Assembly (NCBI GenBank): GCA_044892525.1
Contig: CM097885.1
Location: 12,402,001 to 12,466,000, forward strand
DNA: 64,000 nt
Direction of reading: 5' to 3'
From: Schmidtea polychroa
Lineage: Eukaryota
The stretch's first letter is position 1. Every line of letters begins with the position of its first letter. Positions 37,580-52,554 of the stretch are shown here, one piece after another. The translations under genes and the position numbers were made by a program. Under the pieces are notes generated by a model. The model was given only the letters and a program-made list of their open reading frames with translations, did not search any database and was not told the origin of the DNA.

Positions 37580-39504
37580 GTTGAGAATATCTAATAATAA
37601 TTATTTTTTATTATTGTTTTTTTATTATTACATTTATTTTTAATTATTGATTTTAATTAATTAATTATTATTAATAACTATTAATAACTATTACTCATTA
37701 TTAATCATTATTATCTATTATAATTATTATTATTTTTAATTATTTATTATTATTATATAAAATTTAGTTTACATTATTATTATTTTTTATTGTTATTTTA
37801 CTATTACTAATGTTTTTAATTATCAATTTAAATTAATTAATTAATTATTAACAATTTATTATTTTTATTATTATTTATTATAATTATTATTTTTTTAAAT
37901 TATTATATTTATAAAATTTAGGCTCTCGTTCTAAAGAACCAAAGTATTTTAAGGTCTATAAAATGTTTTGTACCCGGAATCCTGCTCTCGCTGAAAAACC
38001 CTAAATATTTTTAGTCCTGAATTTTTGTATATGAATTTTGGTAAGACATTTTGTAGAATCCATATCTTATGTGATAATAATAAATTAAGTTAATAATTTA
38101 AAGTAAATTAAAGTAAGAATTTTAAATTAAAAATTAAAAAAAATACTTCTTTTCATTCTATTTATAATTAATTATAACAATAATAATTATTATTATTTTT
38201 TAATTATTAATTTTAATTAATTAGGTTAAATTAAAGTAATAATTTAAATTAATTAAAGTGAGAATTTCAAATAAGTTAAGTAAGAATTTTAAATTAAAAT
38301 TAAATAAAAATACTCCTACTTTTCCTCTATTTATTATAATTATTATTATTTAATTATTTATTTATTATTATATAAAATTTAGTTTTATTGTTATTTTTTA
38401 ATTATTAATTTTAATTAATTAGGTTAAATTAAAGTAATAATTTAAAGTAAATTAAAGTGAGAATTTCAAATAAGTTAAGTAAGAATTTTAAATTAAAATT
38501 AAAAAAAAATACTTCTACTTTTCCTCTATTTATTATTAATTATAACAATAAAAATTATAATTTTTTAATTAATAGTTTTAATTAATTATTTGATTTTCAT
38601 TAATAACTAATTATTATTTTTAATTATTTATTTATTATTATATAAAATTTAGTTTTTATTGTTATTTTTTAATTAATTTTAATTAATTAGTTTAAAGTAA
38701 AGTAATTATTATATTTATAAAATTTAATAATTTAATGTAAATTAAAGTGAGAATTTTAAATTAAAATCAAAAAATTACTCCTAATTTTCCTCTATTTATT
38801 ATTAATTATAACAATAAAAATTATTATTTTTAATTATTAATTTTAATTTAATTATTTTTATTAATAACTAATTATTATTTTATTATAATTATTATTATTT
38901 TTATTTATTTATTTATTATTATATTAAATTTAGTTTTTATCATTGATTTTTATTTTATTAATTTCAATTAATTCGGTTATATTAAATTATAATTTAAAGT
39001 AATTTAAAGTGAGAATTTCAAATAAGTTAAGAATTTTAAATTAAAATTTAAAAAAAATACTTTTACTTTTCTTCTATTTATTATTAATTATAACAATAAT
39101 AATTATTATTATTTATTTATTATATAAAATTTAGTTTTTATTGTTATTTTTTAAAACAATAAAATTATAATTTAAGCCTTTTGCTGCAAATAATGTATTT
39201 AATGAAAAAGGCTTAAATTATCACTTTATTGTTTTAAATAATAAATGCTGCTACCAAGAAATCATCATTTTATACTTTGTTATTTTTTAATTACTAATTT
39301 TAATTAATTAGGTTAAGTTAAAGTAATCATTTAAAGTAAATTAAAGTTAGAATTTCAAATAAGTTAAGAATTTTAAATTAAAATTAAAAAAAATACTTCT
39401 TCTTTTCCTCTAATTATAGTCAATTATAACAATAATTATTATTTTTAATTATTAATTTTAATTAAATTATTTTTATTAATAACTAATTATTATCTATTAT
39501 TATC

Positions 39505-39564
<60 letters not shown>

Positions 39565-39610
39565 CTATTATTATTATCTATTATTATTATCTATTATTAT
39601 TATTATTATC

Positions 39611-39677
<67 letters not shown>

Positions 39678-39930
39678 TATTATTATATAAAATTTAGTTT
39701 TATTGTTATTTTTATTTTATTAATTTTAATTAATTCGGTTATATTAAAGTAATCATTTAAAGTAAATTAAAGTTAGAATTTCAAATAAGTTAAGAATTTT
39801 AAATTAAAATTAAAAAAAATACTTCTTCTTTTCCTCTAATTATAGTCAATTATAACAATAATTATTATTTTTAATTATTAATTTTAATTTAATTATTTTT
39901 ATTAATAACTAATTATTATCTATTATTATC

Positions 39931-40000
<70 letters not shown>

Positions 40001-40800
40001 TATTATTATATAAAATTTAGTTTTATTGTTATTTTTATTTTATTAATTTTAATTAATTCGGTTATATTAATGTAATAATTTAAAGTAAATTAAAGTGAGA
40101 ATTTCAAATAAGTTAAGAAAGAATATTAAATTAAAATTTAAAAAAATACTTTTACTTTTCTTCTATTTATTATTAATTATAACAATAATAATTATTATTA
40201 TTTAATTATTTATTTATTATTATATAAAATTTAGTTTTTATTGATATTTTTTAATTATTAATTTTAATTTAATTATTTTAATTAATAACTAATTATTATC
40301 TATTATAATTATTATTATTTTTTAATTATTCATTTATTATTATATAAAATTTAGTTTCTATTGTTGATTTTTAATTATTAATTTATTTATTATTTGATTT
40401 TATTTAATAACTAATTATTATTTATTTATTATAATATAAAATTAAGTTTTTATTGTTATTTTTTAAAACAATAAAATGATAATTTAAGCCTTTTGCTGCA
40501 ATTAATGTATTTAATGAAAAGATTTTCGACTATAAGATAGTCCTTGTTAAGTTGATTGACAAGGAGATTAAAAAATTGACAAAGGAGATTATATTAAAAT
40601 TAAAAAAATACTTCTACTTTTCCGCTATTTATTATTAATTATAACAATAATATTTATTATTTTTAATTATTAATTTTAATTATTATTTTATTTCATTTTC
40701 ATTATTAATTATTTATTCTTCATATTAAAAATAAAATTAAATATAATAATTATTAAATAAAATAATCAAAAACTCGAATGAATAGAACAATTTATTAAAA
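37580..40800. repeat. Complex AT-rich tandem repeat region with (TAT)n tracts
   Basis: Recurrent blocks AAAGTGAGAATTTCAAATAAGTTAAG, TACTTCTACTTTTCCTCTA and TATATAAAATTTAGTTTT every ~200-420 bp. (TAT)n at 39490-39690 and 39915-40010. Confidence 0.9.
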
Positions 40801-40806
40801 AAATAT

Positions 40807-43800
40807 TCAACTGTTTACATTTTCGTTGTCCAGTTGTTCAATTCTTTTGGAAGATTCTTCAATGCATTCTGTCGAGATTTTAAGGTTAATTGGATTGCAG
40901 GAATCTTCACATTCATCTGAAGAATCACCTTTAAGTATTTTTAATAAATCTTCCAAATTTCCAGTTTCCATTTCATTTTCCGATGAAACCTCGTTACTAT
41001 TTTCTATCAAATCGACTTTTGACTCTTCATTTTTGTCCTGAAGACTCTTTTCCCACTTTTCAATTCTTTCTTTCTCTTCATCTTCAGTTTCTTTCACTTT
41101 ATATTTGGTTCTACCATCCCAGAGTTCAGCGCTAATAGTTCGATTATTCCATAGTTTGTTATTGAAATATTCAACTGCGATATCGGATAGATTCGCGTCT
41201 TTGAAATTAATTTGAATAACTGCCTCAGGATGTAACTATATGATGAGATTACTATAATTTCTATCGACACTACAAACTTACATCGTGAACAATTATAGAT
41301 TTAACAGCACCTATATTTTTTGTTTCTTTGCTGATTTTATCTTTTATATCCATAGCTAAATCAGGATTTTCCTAGAAAATGTCAAGTGTTAAAGCAGGTA
41401 GAAACAAGATTAATATTCATCATCATGCAATATATAGTTTAGAGTTCTTGTAAACTTGCATTGGCCTTAGTGAGTGCAATACGAGTAAGTTATGAAGGAA
41501 TTAATATATGTTAAGTTTTGTTGGTAAAACTGTTGCGATTAAAATTTTAAGTGATGTGCTTTGAATGTTTTATATAACTATTTTCAATAGTGGTGGTAAG
41601 TACATCGTTAAATTGATTCACCAATTTAATAAATTTCATTTTTCTAGACATTTATTTTAGCCAATTTTCAAATGGCTTTCAGGTAAGATATTCAATTTTA
41701 GGTAAATTTTAAGACTTGAATTTTGATCCATATGGATATGAGATCATTATTTAAGTTATTAAATATTACTTTTAGCCAACATTTGTGTTATAAATTATTT
41801 TTAATTAAGAATTTTATGAAATTTATTTTATAATTATAATTTTGGAATTATTTTGATATAATATAAGTCAGATCAATTTTTAATTATAATTAAATAATTA
41901 AATCAATCACCAAAAATGTATTTTTCTAAACATTTCTAAAACAAATATCAGAAATTCTAATGAATATTTAACTTAATTTTAACTCAAAAATAATTCTTAC
42001 GATGATATTTCGTCATTTTCATGACAAATTAACGTAGTTTCTTGAAAAATAAATTAAAAACACTTTTAGCGATTTTTCCCTCAAAATTGTCTAATATATC
42101 GAAAGTTTGCAAGTTTTTTTGTATGTGTTGGGTTTGTGTGCAGCATTTAAGTTTTCTTCCACTTTTTAGATTTCTATAGTGTAAGATGTATCTCATTGCA
42201 TTATTAATGAGAATATCAGCGTCAAATCAAAGTAAGTATGTATGTTTCTATTGCGTAAGATTATTGATTTTTTTCTTATATTATAGGAAACGTATCTCAG
42301 CTGTTTTTGGTATATAAGTGATGTTCTAGTATCGTTTTATAATTCGAAAAGGAAAGTTTATAAAAAGTGTACCATCGTGACGGTTTAAAAAAAGTTCAAT
42401 ACACTTATATAGTAAATTATATTTCTGTAGAAAAAATTGCGAGGTGGGAAACATTTAGCTGGAACAATTTTAAGGAAAATAATCGTGGATTTTGAATTAA
42501 TCGTAACTCACAATAAAATTCCTTGTGTGAGTTTAGAAGCTTGTGAGAAAGGTTTCTATGAGATCGTTTTTGAATCTTTTGTGGATGATTGACAAATTAT
42601 TTAATGTTTTCGATATTTGAGGCTGTGAAAATTTTTTAACCAACTTTTCCAAGTTTTTGTTGTATGTCTTTTTGTGTCAAACTTGGATATTTTTGTACAC
42701 AATGTCTTGGAGCTGAAGATTCCCGGTAGAATCCAAGCATTTCTGGTTATGCTATTTATAATAAGACCATTTTCGATAATTGCATGTATTTTACGAATGG
42801 TCGAATTTACTGTGTTTTTAAACATTGAATTGACAAAAAACATGCTATTGTAATAACCTTACGTTGAGCTAAAGTAGTAGATTTAGTAATATATTTTGCG
42901 TATTTTGTGTTTCTTGGTTTGCCATGGTTTTATTTTAAGATTCGTAAATTTAAATATCAAATTAAATATCAAATTAAATATAAAATTATAAATCAATTTA
43001 TAATTAGGAATAACGATTTTTTGATTTGCAATAATGCATAATTTTAAATAACCAATTTATAATTCTGAATAAATAGTTTATAATATAAAATAAGCATGTA
43101 AGTCTATATTCGTGAAATTTATATGAAAAGTTCAAATTTTTTTATGAGAAAATTTATGTTTAATGCTTATTATTAGGTTAAATTTTTTCAAGTTTTAAAA
43201 AAAAAATTGTATATTATCCGATGGAACGTATCTACTTCATAAAAAAGAATTGAGTGTATTTCTATTCTATTTATTTCATATAGTTATTGATAAAATCCGT
43301 AAAATTAATAAAAAATGCATATTTAAAATAAAATCCTTGATTATTGATAAAAACATAAAAAATCAATAATTAAAATAAAATTATTGAATAAAAAATTAAT
43401 CGATGTAATAATAAAGTTCATATAATTATTGATATATTCCAAATAATTATAAATAAAAGTATATATATTTAATAAAATACAAAATTGTTATTAAAATCAA
43501 TATAATTATTAATAAAAAGCATATAATAAATAAAAAATTCAATATATATTATTATTAAAATAAATAAAATTATTAAATTAATAAATGCAATAAAATCCAT
43601 ATAATTATTGATTAAATCAATATAATTATCGAATAAAAAATAAAGGAATGCAATAATAAAATAAAATGCATTTAATTATTAAAATTGATATAATTATTGA
43701 TAAAAAATCAATACAATAATTAATAAAAACAATCATTACAGTAATAATTAAAAAATCAATATAATAATTAATAAAATCAATACAATAATAATTAAAAATC

Positions 43801-45405
43801 AATATAATTAATCCATAATAATTAAAATCGATAAGGTAATTAATAAAATCAATACAGTAATAATTAAAAAATCGATATTGTAATTAATAAATACAATGCA
43901 ATAATTAATAAAATGAATACAATAATTAACAAAATCAATAAAGTAATTATATATATATATATATATAGTTAAAATAAATAAAATTAATGCAATTACTAAA
44001 TGCAATAAAATCCATATAATTATTGATTAAATCAAAATATAATTATAAATTTCAAATAATTATAATTAAAATGTATTTAATTATTAAAATTGAAATAATT
44101 ATTGATAAAAATCAATAGGGTAATTAATAAAATCATTAAGATAACCAATACAGTAATAATTAAAAATCGATATTGTAATTAATAATTCCAATACAATAAT
44201 TAATAAAATCAATAAAGTAATTAATAAAATCAATAATAATAATTAACAAAATCATTAAAAATAATTATAAATTTCTTCAAGAATGATTAAATGATTTAAA
44301 CAAATCTCAAAGTAAAGTTTAAAAAAAAGTTCTTACTTTCATTATTTTTGTATCAAAAACATTCTTTAAAATAACAGTATTATCTTTTTTCGGTCGAATT
44401 GTCTTGGTTTCTGGGCCCCAGCGAAATAGGCTAGAAATATTCATTGGAATCAAACAAATCTCAATAAAAATATTAAATATATTAGCCTCCCCCATTACGC
44501 AGCTCTACGCATTACATCATATGTATATCATTGGTTAGTTAATTAGAATTATTTAATTGATAATAATTATTTAACATTTAACAAAAATTAAGTCAAACCT
44601 TTCTTGTTTTTTCAATAACTTTTTTTTCTCTTTGTTGGTAATTTTTCGTCGTTTTTTTGGATCAAAATCACCTTTTTTCTCAAATTTAGCCCGCGAAACC
44701 TTTAAAATACTTCCTCGAAGATTATATCCATCCAAGAGATTTAGCGCCAAATCGATTGACTCCATTTTTAAATAACAGCATTTTCCATCGCCTTTATTAG
44801 TGCCATCTGGGTTTTTATATAATGTCACTTTGGGAATGTTTGTAAACGGCTCATACATCAACAATCCATATTTTGAAACCAATTCGACAAATTCATTTTC
44901 CTCCATGTCAAGTGGTAAATTTTCAATATAAATATATTTGTTTTTGTTCTCGTCGATTTCAAACCATGTGGATTCAGCTGCTTTATGGTGACGTTTTTTA
45001 GGTTTGATTTTGTTTTTCTCATATTTTTCAGCGTTTTCAGAATAAAATTTATACCATTTGTTATTATAATCTTCTAAAGGCAATGTGGTTAAATCGACAT
45101 TTTCCAATTTACAAAGGTCTAAAAAATCATTTGTTAAACGTAAGAACCATTCTGGTTGAACTACAGCTGTTTCGTTTTCGGATTTATTTTCTTCTTTAGA
45201 AAGAAATCCATAATTCAAATTGTGCCTAAAAGTATGAAAAATATCAAATTTAAATTTAAATTTACTTATAAATAAATTCATCGTCAATGTTAGGGAACCA
45301 AGCGTGCTTTTCTTCATCCCATTTAACTTCAATTCCATCCTCGTCTATTCTAGTTGTGGGATGCATTTTATTATTAATATCATGGCAAATATCTGGTTCA
45401 TTCAT
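40807..45405 (-). CDS. HTATSF1: HIV Tat-specific factor 1 / CUS2 / barricade U2 snRNP-associated splicing factor, 5 exons, 459 aa
   Basis: Exons 45266-45405, 44599-45225, 44337-44430, 41282-41371 and 40807-41235, all GT-AG with consistent phases (1380 nt). Motifs: WDEEKHAWFPNIDDEF..NYGF, RRM1 IYIENLPLD..KGDGKCCYLKMESIDLALNLLDGY, UHM VILKNVF..HPEAV..AELWDGRTKY..ERIEKWE, acidic tail. Confidence 0.95.
41590..42315 (+). repeat. Dispersed intron-containing repeat family copy in HTATSF1 intron 3 (antisense to the gene)
   Basis: High identity to 52555-53210 over ~600 bp. Confidence 0.85.
43270..44270. repeat. AT-rich ~24-bp degenerate minisatellite in HTATSF1 intron 3
   Basis: Recurrent TAATTAATAAAATCAATA units. 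Confidence 0.8.
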
Positions 45406-46809
45406 TCTTATTTCAAAAATAAAATAAATTTAACTATAAATTTACAATTAATTAAATTTTAATATTTAAACAATAATTGTAAAAATATTATTACTTGTTA
45501 CAATTTGTCTTTAAGAAATTACTTATCAATTAATAATGTTTAAAACTATTTTGCATAATCATTAAAAAAATAATATTGCTAGATTTTTCAAAAAAATTAT
45601 TTTCGTTTGCTTTATTAGTTTATTTGACATTTGGACATCATGAACTTCAAAAAAAGACCATTCATTCAAAATTACAAATATTTTTAAATAATTAATTAAT
45701 TTGCTTTTATTTATGTAATAACATTACCTGGGGACTATGCATCACTTTTAAATTAATACAGTCGTATTTAACTTTTTAAATGTTAACCACTCAGTTCTTT
45801 CCGTCTCGAAATATTGGGTTTTTATTTTCAATAAATTTTACTTTTATTAAAAATAGTGGAGATTACCCAGTTTTGCATTTGAATTTTTGCACTTTTAAAT
45901 AAAGTTTTATATTTTTGGCAGCCCCACAAAAATTCGAAATCTCTCATTTCTTGGATGAGATCATTTAATATATGCGTGACTCAATAAAATGCCACTGTTT
46001 ATGAATCTTTGCTACCATATTAAAGGACATATTTCTGTTATATGAAATTTTGAAAGATATTTCCCTGGCTTTAATCACTATATATTCTTTGTATTTATTA
46101 TGGTTTTAATTTTGATTATTTGTCTTTGAAATTAAATATTACCAATCATTGATCTGACTCCTAAGCGTGCCTTGTTTACAACAAAAAAGAACTTCGGAAC
46201 CTATAAACTTTTATTGATTTACACAATTGATTACAAATTTACAACGACTCAAATAATCCAATATTTCTATTATGGTTATTACAATCCTTCCGGAGGAATA
46301 TCAAGCTTTGGCTAGAACCTATGAAAGGATAAAGTATGTTGAGTTCTAAGGCACATACAGAAATAATTGGATTTCAAAACCTCGAATGCGGGGGCGAACC
46401 AATGACAATAAGTCAGACAACACACAGACACAAAGGACTATATAAGCCTAAAACTCGGACTGGAAAGAAAGAATATTTTGTCCTATACCACTGCAACAAT
46501 TTTATACTTCATCGATTAAATAGTAAAACCTTAACTTTGGTATATACCGAATATAATTAATCATTTTAACAATAGATTCTAATTTTTTAATAACTAATTT
46601 TTGATAACTAAATAAACTTATTATTGTAAATCTTATTGTTTAAAATATCAAAACAACAAGATTAGAACTTTTAAATCTTATTCATAGCTTCTAAAGTTAT
46701 ATATGGTTAATGCAAATTAGTTGAGATATCACTACATTCGATGGGGCAGGAAATGAGCCTCTCCAACACCTAAACAATTCAACTAATAAATTTCATGATC
46801 CATCTTATC

Positions 46810-47776
46810 CAGGGGTGGGCAAATACTTTTAAGCGCGGGCCAAAATGAAATTTTCAAAATGTCTCCCGGGTCGGAGAACTATACTGCTTACGCTGTGAAC
46901 ACGCGAATGTTTTGGGTGGAGTTTTTTTCCTGCCCAAGAAATTGTCTTACTTGGCTGTACATGCGAACAATTTGTGCCAGTAAAATATGTCACGTAATTT
47001 TTCAAGAAATATGATGCATTATATTAAATTAATGATCATTAAATAAAACAGTTAATGACAGATATTATTTTGTTATTTATTTATATCTTAACGATACAAA
47101 ATATTTAATATTGATACATAGTTATTACATTTTTATGTTTATATTGCATTTTGTAAATATAATAATAAAGAGAATTTTAAAAAGAAAAGACAAACATCAA
47201 ACGTTAAAATAGAATACTTATAGTTAATGCGAAACGTGATCTTAAAAGAAATGACGACTAGTATGTGACCAGTGCTAAATCAAAATAAACAGTACGCGTG
47301 CTGTGACCTGTCATCCCTCGCAGATTACACGTTCAATTTTATGTAGTTAGCCAACCACGCGCTTTGTGAGAGTATGTTGCATACATTAAAGAAGTATTGT
47401 TACGGCTGTTCAAAATTATAATACCGTCTATTATTTATATTTTTCATTATTTATATGTACACTATGCACACTAATACACTCATACCTCGCTATACGGCTT
47501 TTCGCTATAACGGCCTACTTTAATTACGGCACTTTTTCGATTTACGGCCTAAAATATTTCGTTATACGGCCAAAAAAAGTATGGAATTATATATGGAATT
47601 GTATCAAAATATTTGATTCGTTATGCGGCGTTTCGCTTTGCGGCCAACTTTCCTGGAACGTATCTAGGCCGTAAAGCGAGGTATGAGTGTACTGTTGATT
47701 TCAACAAAATCGCATGAAAGAGATTTAAAAAGTTGCATGTGGGATTTTTCAACGGGCCGACTTTTGCCCACTCCTG
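46810..47776. mobile_element. Non-autonomous hAT element (Charlie-like termini)
   Basis: TIRs CAGGGGTGGGCAAA / TTTGCCCACTCCTG; exact 8-bp TSD ATCTTATC (46802-46809, 47777-47784). Confidence 0.93.
47477..47689. mobile_element. Tc1/mariner-pogo type MITE (213 bp) nested in the hAT element
   Basis: TIRs CACTCATACCTCGCTATACGGC / GCCGTAAAGCGAGGTATGAGTG, TA on both sides, internal TACGGC repeats. Confidence 0.92.
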
Positions 47777-48959
47777 ATCTTATCCAATATTTCACTCACA
47801 AACGCCGATACCTAATTAAGATGAGTCAATAAGAAAATCTAGCACCACATACTCGTGAGTGAATAATTCAATTAGTATTGATAGATGCACGCATATGTTT
47901 GAGGTGAAATGATGAAGTAGAGAAATATCTCACATAGTTTGTGTTAACTCCAGTGGGTAAATTCAATTTACTAGACACGTTTATTTTTGAATTCCTCCAA
48001 TAAGAATATTACCAAATGCACAGCATTTCGATAACAGATTAATTAATTTATAAATAATAATTAGCGGAATATCTATTAAGGTCTCAATTAAAAGAGCTTG
48101 AGATTCTCTACATTGCATCTATCAAATATGATAAACGATGAAGTGTTTTTAAAATATTTATTTTATAAAAATGTTTACCAATTTCACTATAATTCACAAT
48201 TACTTTCCTATGAACAATTCAATTTATTATCACAATCACTTTCTTTAAAATCTTTTAAATTCGATTCTATAAAACTCTGTTTGCTCTGTACAGTGTGATT
48301 GTTGTGTTTGTCTGTTGCGTTGTGTGTGATTCTTTTGAACTTTTTTGTTGTGTCCACTCTATTTTTAAAACAAATAAAAGTTAACCTTTTTAGATTGCAA
48401 AAACAGTGGTTAAATTTTAGGCGCCTGATAATGATTTTAAGTCGCTATTTATACTATTTTTATGACTCTTTTTATTGAAATTAAATTAATATTTTTAAGT
48501 GTTGTTGTTACTATACCTTTATATTAAGTATTTTTAAGTGTTACATTATCATCGTAGTTTTATATTATAATTACATTATTTTAATGTATTATAGTAACCT
48601 TAACTATACTTTTGTAACCTTAATTATTTTCAAATTATTTAATTTATATTGTTATACTCTTAATCATCTTTAAGTATATAAAAAAATGTTCTCAACCTAA
48701 ATTTTTCCTAGATATCTTTTAGTGATTTTTAAAAACATCAATCACAACATGTACAATGACAAGTCTACAACCGAAGCAAATAAGAGAATATGAGAATGCG
48801 AGCATACAAAAACACTTACCTAATAGTGACGTAAATATTTTTTAATTCAACCCATAATGTCAATTCAGAAACGCAAGCGAACTATGGAAAATATAGGAAA
48901 AATAGTAAATCATCGATATTGGGAAGAGGGGACCTAATCAAACCAAGTTGGCTAGGGAG

Positions 48960-50143
48960 AAATGGAGCATTGAAATTAAAGAGAAGGCGCTGAAACTGGC
49001 TGAGATGATGCATATTTCAGACTTCATGGCGAAGCTGGAGCAGTAGATTTACAATGTTTATTGAGTGGCAACAGAAAATTCTCAGGCTATTACTCACTGC
49101 AGATTTATTACAGACATTATTCTCTTCTGGCAACTACTTCCGAACAAAACCATGGCTTTCAGAGGAAAGAAAAGTAAGCAAAAGATCAAACTTTTAATTA
49201 GGGCAAATATGAGTGGCAGCGAAAGATTTCTTCTTCTGGCAATTGACAGTTCCATAAAACCCCGTGTCTTCAAAAACAAGGAGATCCGGGTCGAATACAA
49301 GGTGAACTCTAAGATATGGATGACGTCGAAGCTTTTCGAGGAAATTTTGCGTGAGTGGGAGGGAAAACTTAGCTGCAGGGACGTAGAGTGCTGATTTGTC
49401 TTGATAACTTTGCTGGCCACCTTTCCGAGCTCGAGCTGAACAATATTCAACTAGTTTTTTTCCCACTTAACACGACAGCCAACTCGCAACAAATGAATCA
49501 TAGAAAACCTCAAACGTCACTACAAGAAGTTTCTGCTGTGTTGCCGACTTGAGGCCATGGATGAATGAAAGGAGTCTACATTTACATTGATTGACGCTAT
49601 TGTCTTTGTTGTTTCGCAAAGGCTAAGTTTATTAAAGAAGAGATAGAAACTGAGGTACAGGATGGGGAACTTCTCGATATCTGGGAAGCTCTGTCTTCCG
49701 AGGAATAGATAGATGTATGAGAACGAGGAGATCGAGCTTTATGACTTTCTCAAAGATGATGAGCGCCTCGTAACTGGTGGGACTTTTACACTGAAGGAGA
49801 TGCTATGCGGTGAAGAGCCGATAGGAAGCAATGGTGACGATATAACTGTTGAGAAGGAAGTCGATTCATTCCAGGAAGCTTAACGCGCTTGGAGCACAGT
49901 ACGGAATTTCATGAATAAAAAAAGTGGGAAGCCAAGTATAATTCAAGCTTGTGATCAGTTAGATAACGAGATGCTCGCAATCTGCCAAAAGAAATGCGCC
50001 AAAAGACAATTCTTTAGAGCTTTGGTCGGATAAATAACTTAAGAAAATAAATCTATTTTACAAACCCTCGTTACTATGCCACTCTTGCTACTATGTTACA
50101 CTTACTCGATCCTGACAAGTGGCATAGTAACGAGATTTGACTG
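48960..50143 (+). mobile_element. pogo/Tigger transposon relic (CENP-B HTH plus DDE_1 pseudogene), 5'-truncated
   Basis: KEKALKLAEMM..DFMA, FWQLLPNKTMAF, ANMSGSERFLLLAI, KPRVFK, NSKIWMTSKLFEE and FFPLNTTANSQ fragments with stops and frameshifts. Right TIR ..GGCATAGTAACGAGATTTGACTG followed by TA. Confidence 0.88.
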
Positions 50144-50384
50144 TAATAAGGTCATAACACAATTATAATAAAATGATACCATAAAATAATTAAGTCCCAT
50201 AAAATAATTAGAATAATAATTACACCATAAACAATATTTACACCCAGAAAATAATTAAAAAATTTTTAATGAAATACATATGCTAAAAGTAAACAATCGC
50301 ACATTATAGGGTTTTATTAAAGGTCAAATCCAAAAATACTCCAGAGTTATCTAATGATGAAAACTTACAACAGATCTCGAAAAG

Positions 50385-50603
50385 GAGTCGAACATAGGCC
50401 TTCTAACAGCGGTCCACGAACCCCTTGAGTGCATGCCTATTATAGTGTACAAAGGCACGCTCACTTTTCGCAAGTACCTATTGGACTCGATACAGTTCCA
50501 AAGTTTATTAATCAACGGGTATTGAGTAATACAACATTCTTGAATTCTGGGTTACTCTGGAAAAAGCACAAGAGGTTATAATATGGATTACCTGTAACCC
50601 ACA
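50385..50603 (+). mobile_element. Diverged LTR U5-end relic homologous to the reverse complement of 11461-11666
   Basis: Colinear GCCTTCTA, GAACCC, GAGTGC, TTATAGTG, CGCTCAC, TCAACGGGTA, ATTCTGGGTTAC, GTAACCCAC. Confidence 0.65.
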
Positions 50604-52554
50604 ACCTTGAATAAAAAAATAATTGAATTTTTAGATCTTTGATAAATTACTAATTTTTAATTAATATAAATCCTATTATTAAATTCACCTATATTTTTCA
50701 ACAACTTAATTTTAATGTTGGGTTGCTTAAAATTATACATAAGATGTAATGAGATAAATAAACTTTAGACAAAATAAATCAAAATCTTGACAGAAACATA
50801 TAACAGCACGCCGGAAAATTATATAATTTACTAAAAACAAAATGCATGATCAAAGAAATTACGAATACGATTTAGTGACGATATTACGAAATAGAAGACC
50901 CAAGGATAAAGTGAAACATAATGTCATGTAGACTATATCGACACTAAATTCCAAATCAAATTACTAACTAATATGGAAAACCCTAACAAATCATTTTATT
51001 CTAGCATTACATGCTTAAATTTCACTTGTCAAACAGTGAGAGTTCATTTTCTTAATTTGTATTTTCTAAATAATTTTGTTAAGAATCCGAACGATTTAAA
51101 ATACAATATTATTACCCATCTTATCAATTCCCACTTGACCACGTCTCACTCCGAAAAATACCAATTATTCATTTTTAAAGTTTTCGTGTTGCTTATAAAA
51201 TTGTTTTAACTGCTTTTAATGAAATTCTTTGTTTATTAATTTGATTAATTCTAATTAGTTTTTCTCGACAATAATGGTTATCCCAACTGAATTGTTTTTT
51301 ATTTTTAATATGTAGACTCATCAATATTTTATCATTAATACGATTTTCTGAAGCAAATTAAATCATCGTTTTAATAATTGTTCAGTCACTGATATCAACT
51401 TCTGCTTCCATTAATTATTTTTCACTTGCCATGTGTCACAGTTAAGCTTTAATAATGAATTTATAATATCCATAAAAATTAAATGAACTGTAAATATAAT
51501 AAAATATGGGCGAACCACGTCATTAAAACAAAAGACATTTCAAAAATCGTGCCAAAACATACATAAAATCGATTTTAATTTTCAAATTCCAAATTCTTCG
51601 TCATTTCGTTTTGAGCTATTAATTTAGCAATTTTGTTTAACTGATACTGCAAAATGGATTTTTCGGTTTCTACAAATCTAATCAAAACAAAATTTTATCA
51701 ACTTTTAACTGTAAATGTTTCCGGTTTAGTTTAAACAAATGATTGTCTTATAAAAAGAAAATAATAACTAATTATAAATATAATTAACAATTACGGTAAA
51801 TCAATAATTAGTAAAGACTACATTAGAAATTTTAGAAATTGACCAAAGGGCTGGTTCAAAGGAGATTGATAATTCAATTTGTTAATGCCAAATAAAATAC
51901 TTTTCAATGAAGTAAATTTTAATGCATTAATTTTTTTATTCCAAAATCTGATATCCTAGAAAAAGCAAACAAATTAATCGATCGTATAGAAAGAAAACAA
52001 AGTAAAATTACATTATACAATATCGTAGTCATGATATCAATTGCTTCATCATCAAATGAACCTTCGGTAATGGTTTTGGGGATGCGGGTTAATGGAAAAG
52101 CATTTTTGTAACAATGCCAAGCACAACAAAAACTAGAAAAATATTAATTTATAAGCAAAGTAAAATTTGATAAATAATAGATTTAACTTATCTTTCATTT
52201 TAAAGATTTCTAGTTTGTGTGACACGAAAGTTTTTAAATGTGTAGAGAACAGAAAGAAGATTTTAAAGATTGACAACGAAATGCATGTAAGTTAATTATT
52301 GTTTTAGACAATCTAAAGCAGCGGCCGTTCATTTGGGTCAAATCTTAAGGAATGGAAACCAAACTAGGAAACAGTAATTTACATCGCTTAATTGGTACAA
52401 TAATCCGCTTAATGTAGACAATTTGTGATATTTACATATTTTATTACATGTTATCGTTAGACATCTACGCGAGTGATACGTATTGTAATGTAAGGCTACT
52501 TGCTTTTGTCAATTATGCACACTTCACCAAACACCAATGAGATACATTTTCTAT

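Noticed and set aside
44571..45338. 255-aa ORF as a standalone gene
   Set aside because: It is HTATSF1 exon 2 read through its flanking introns.
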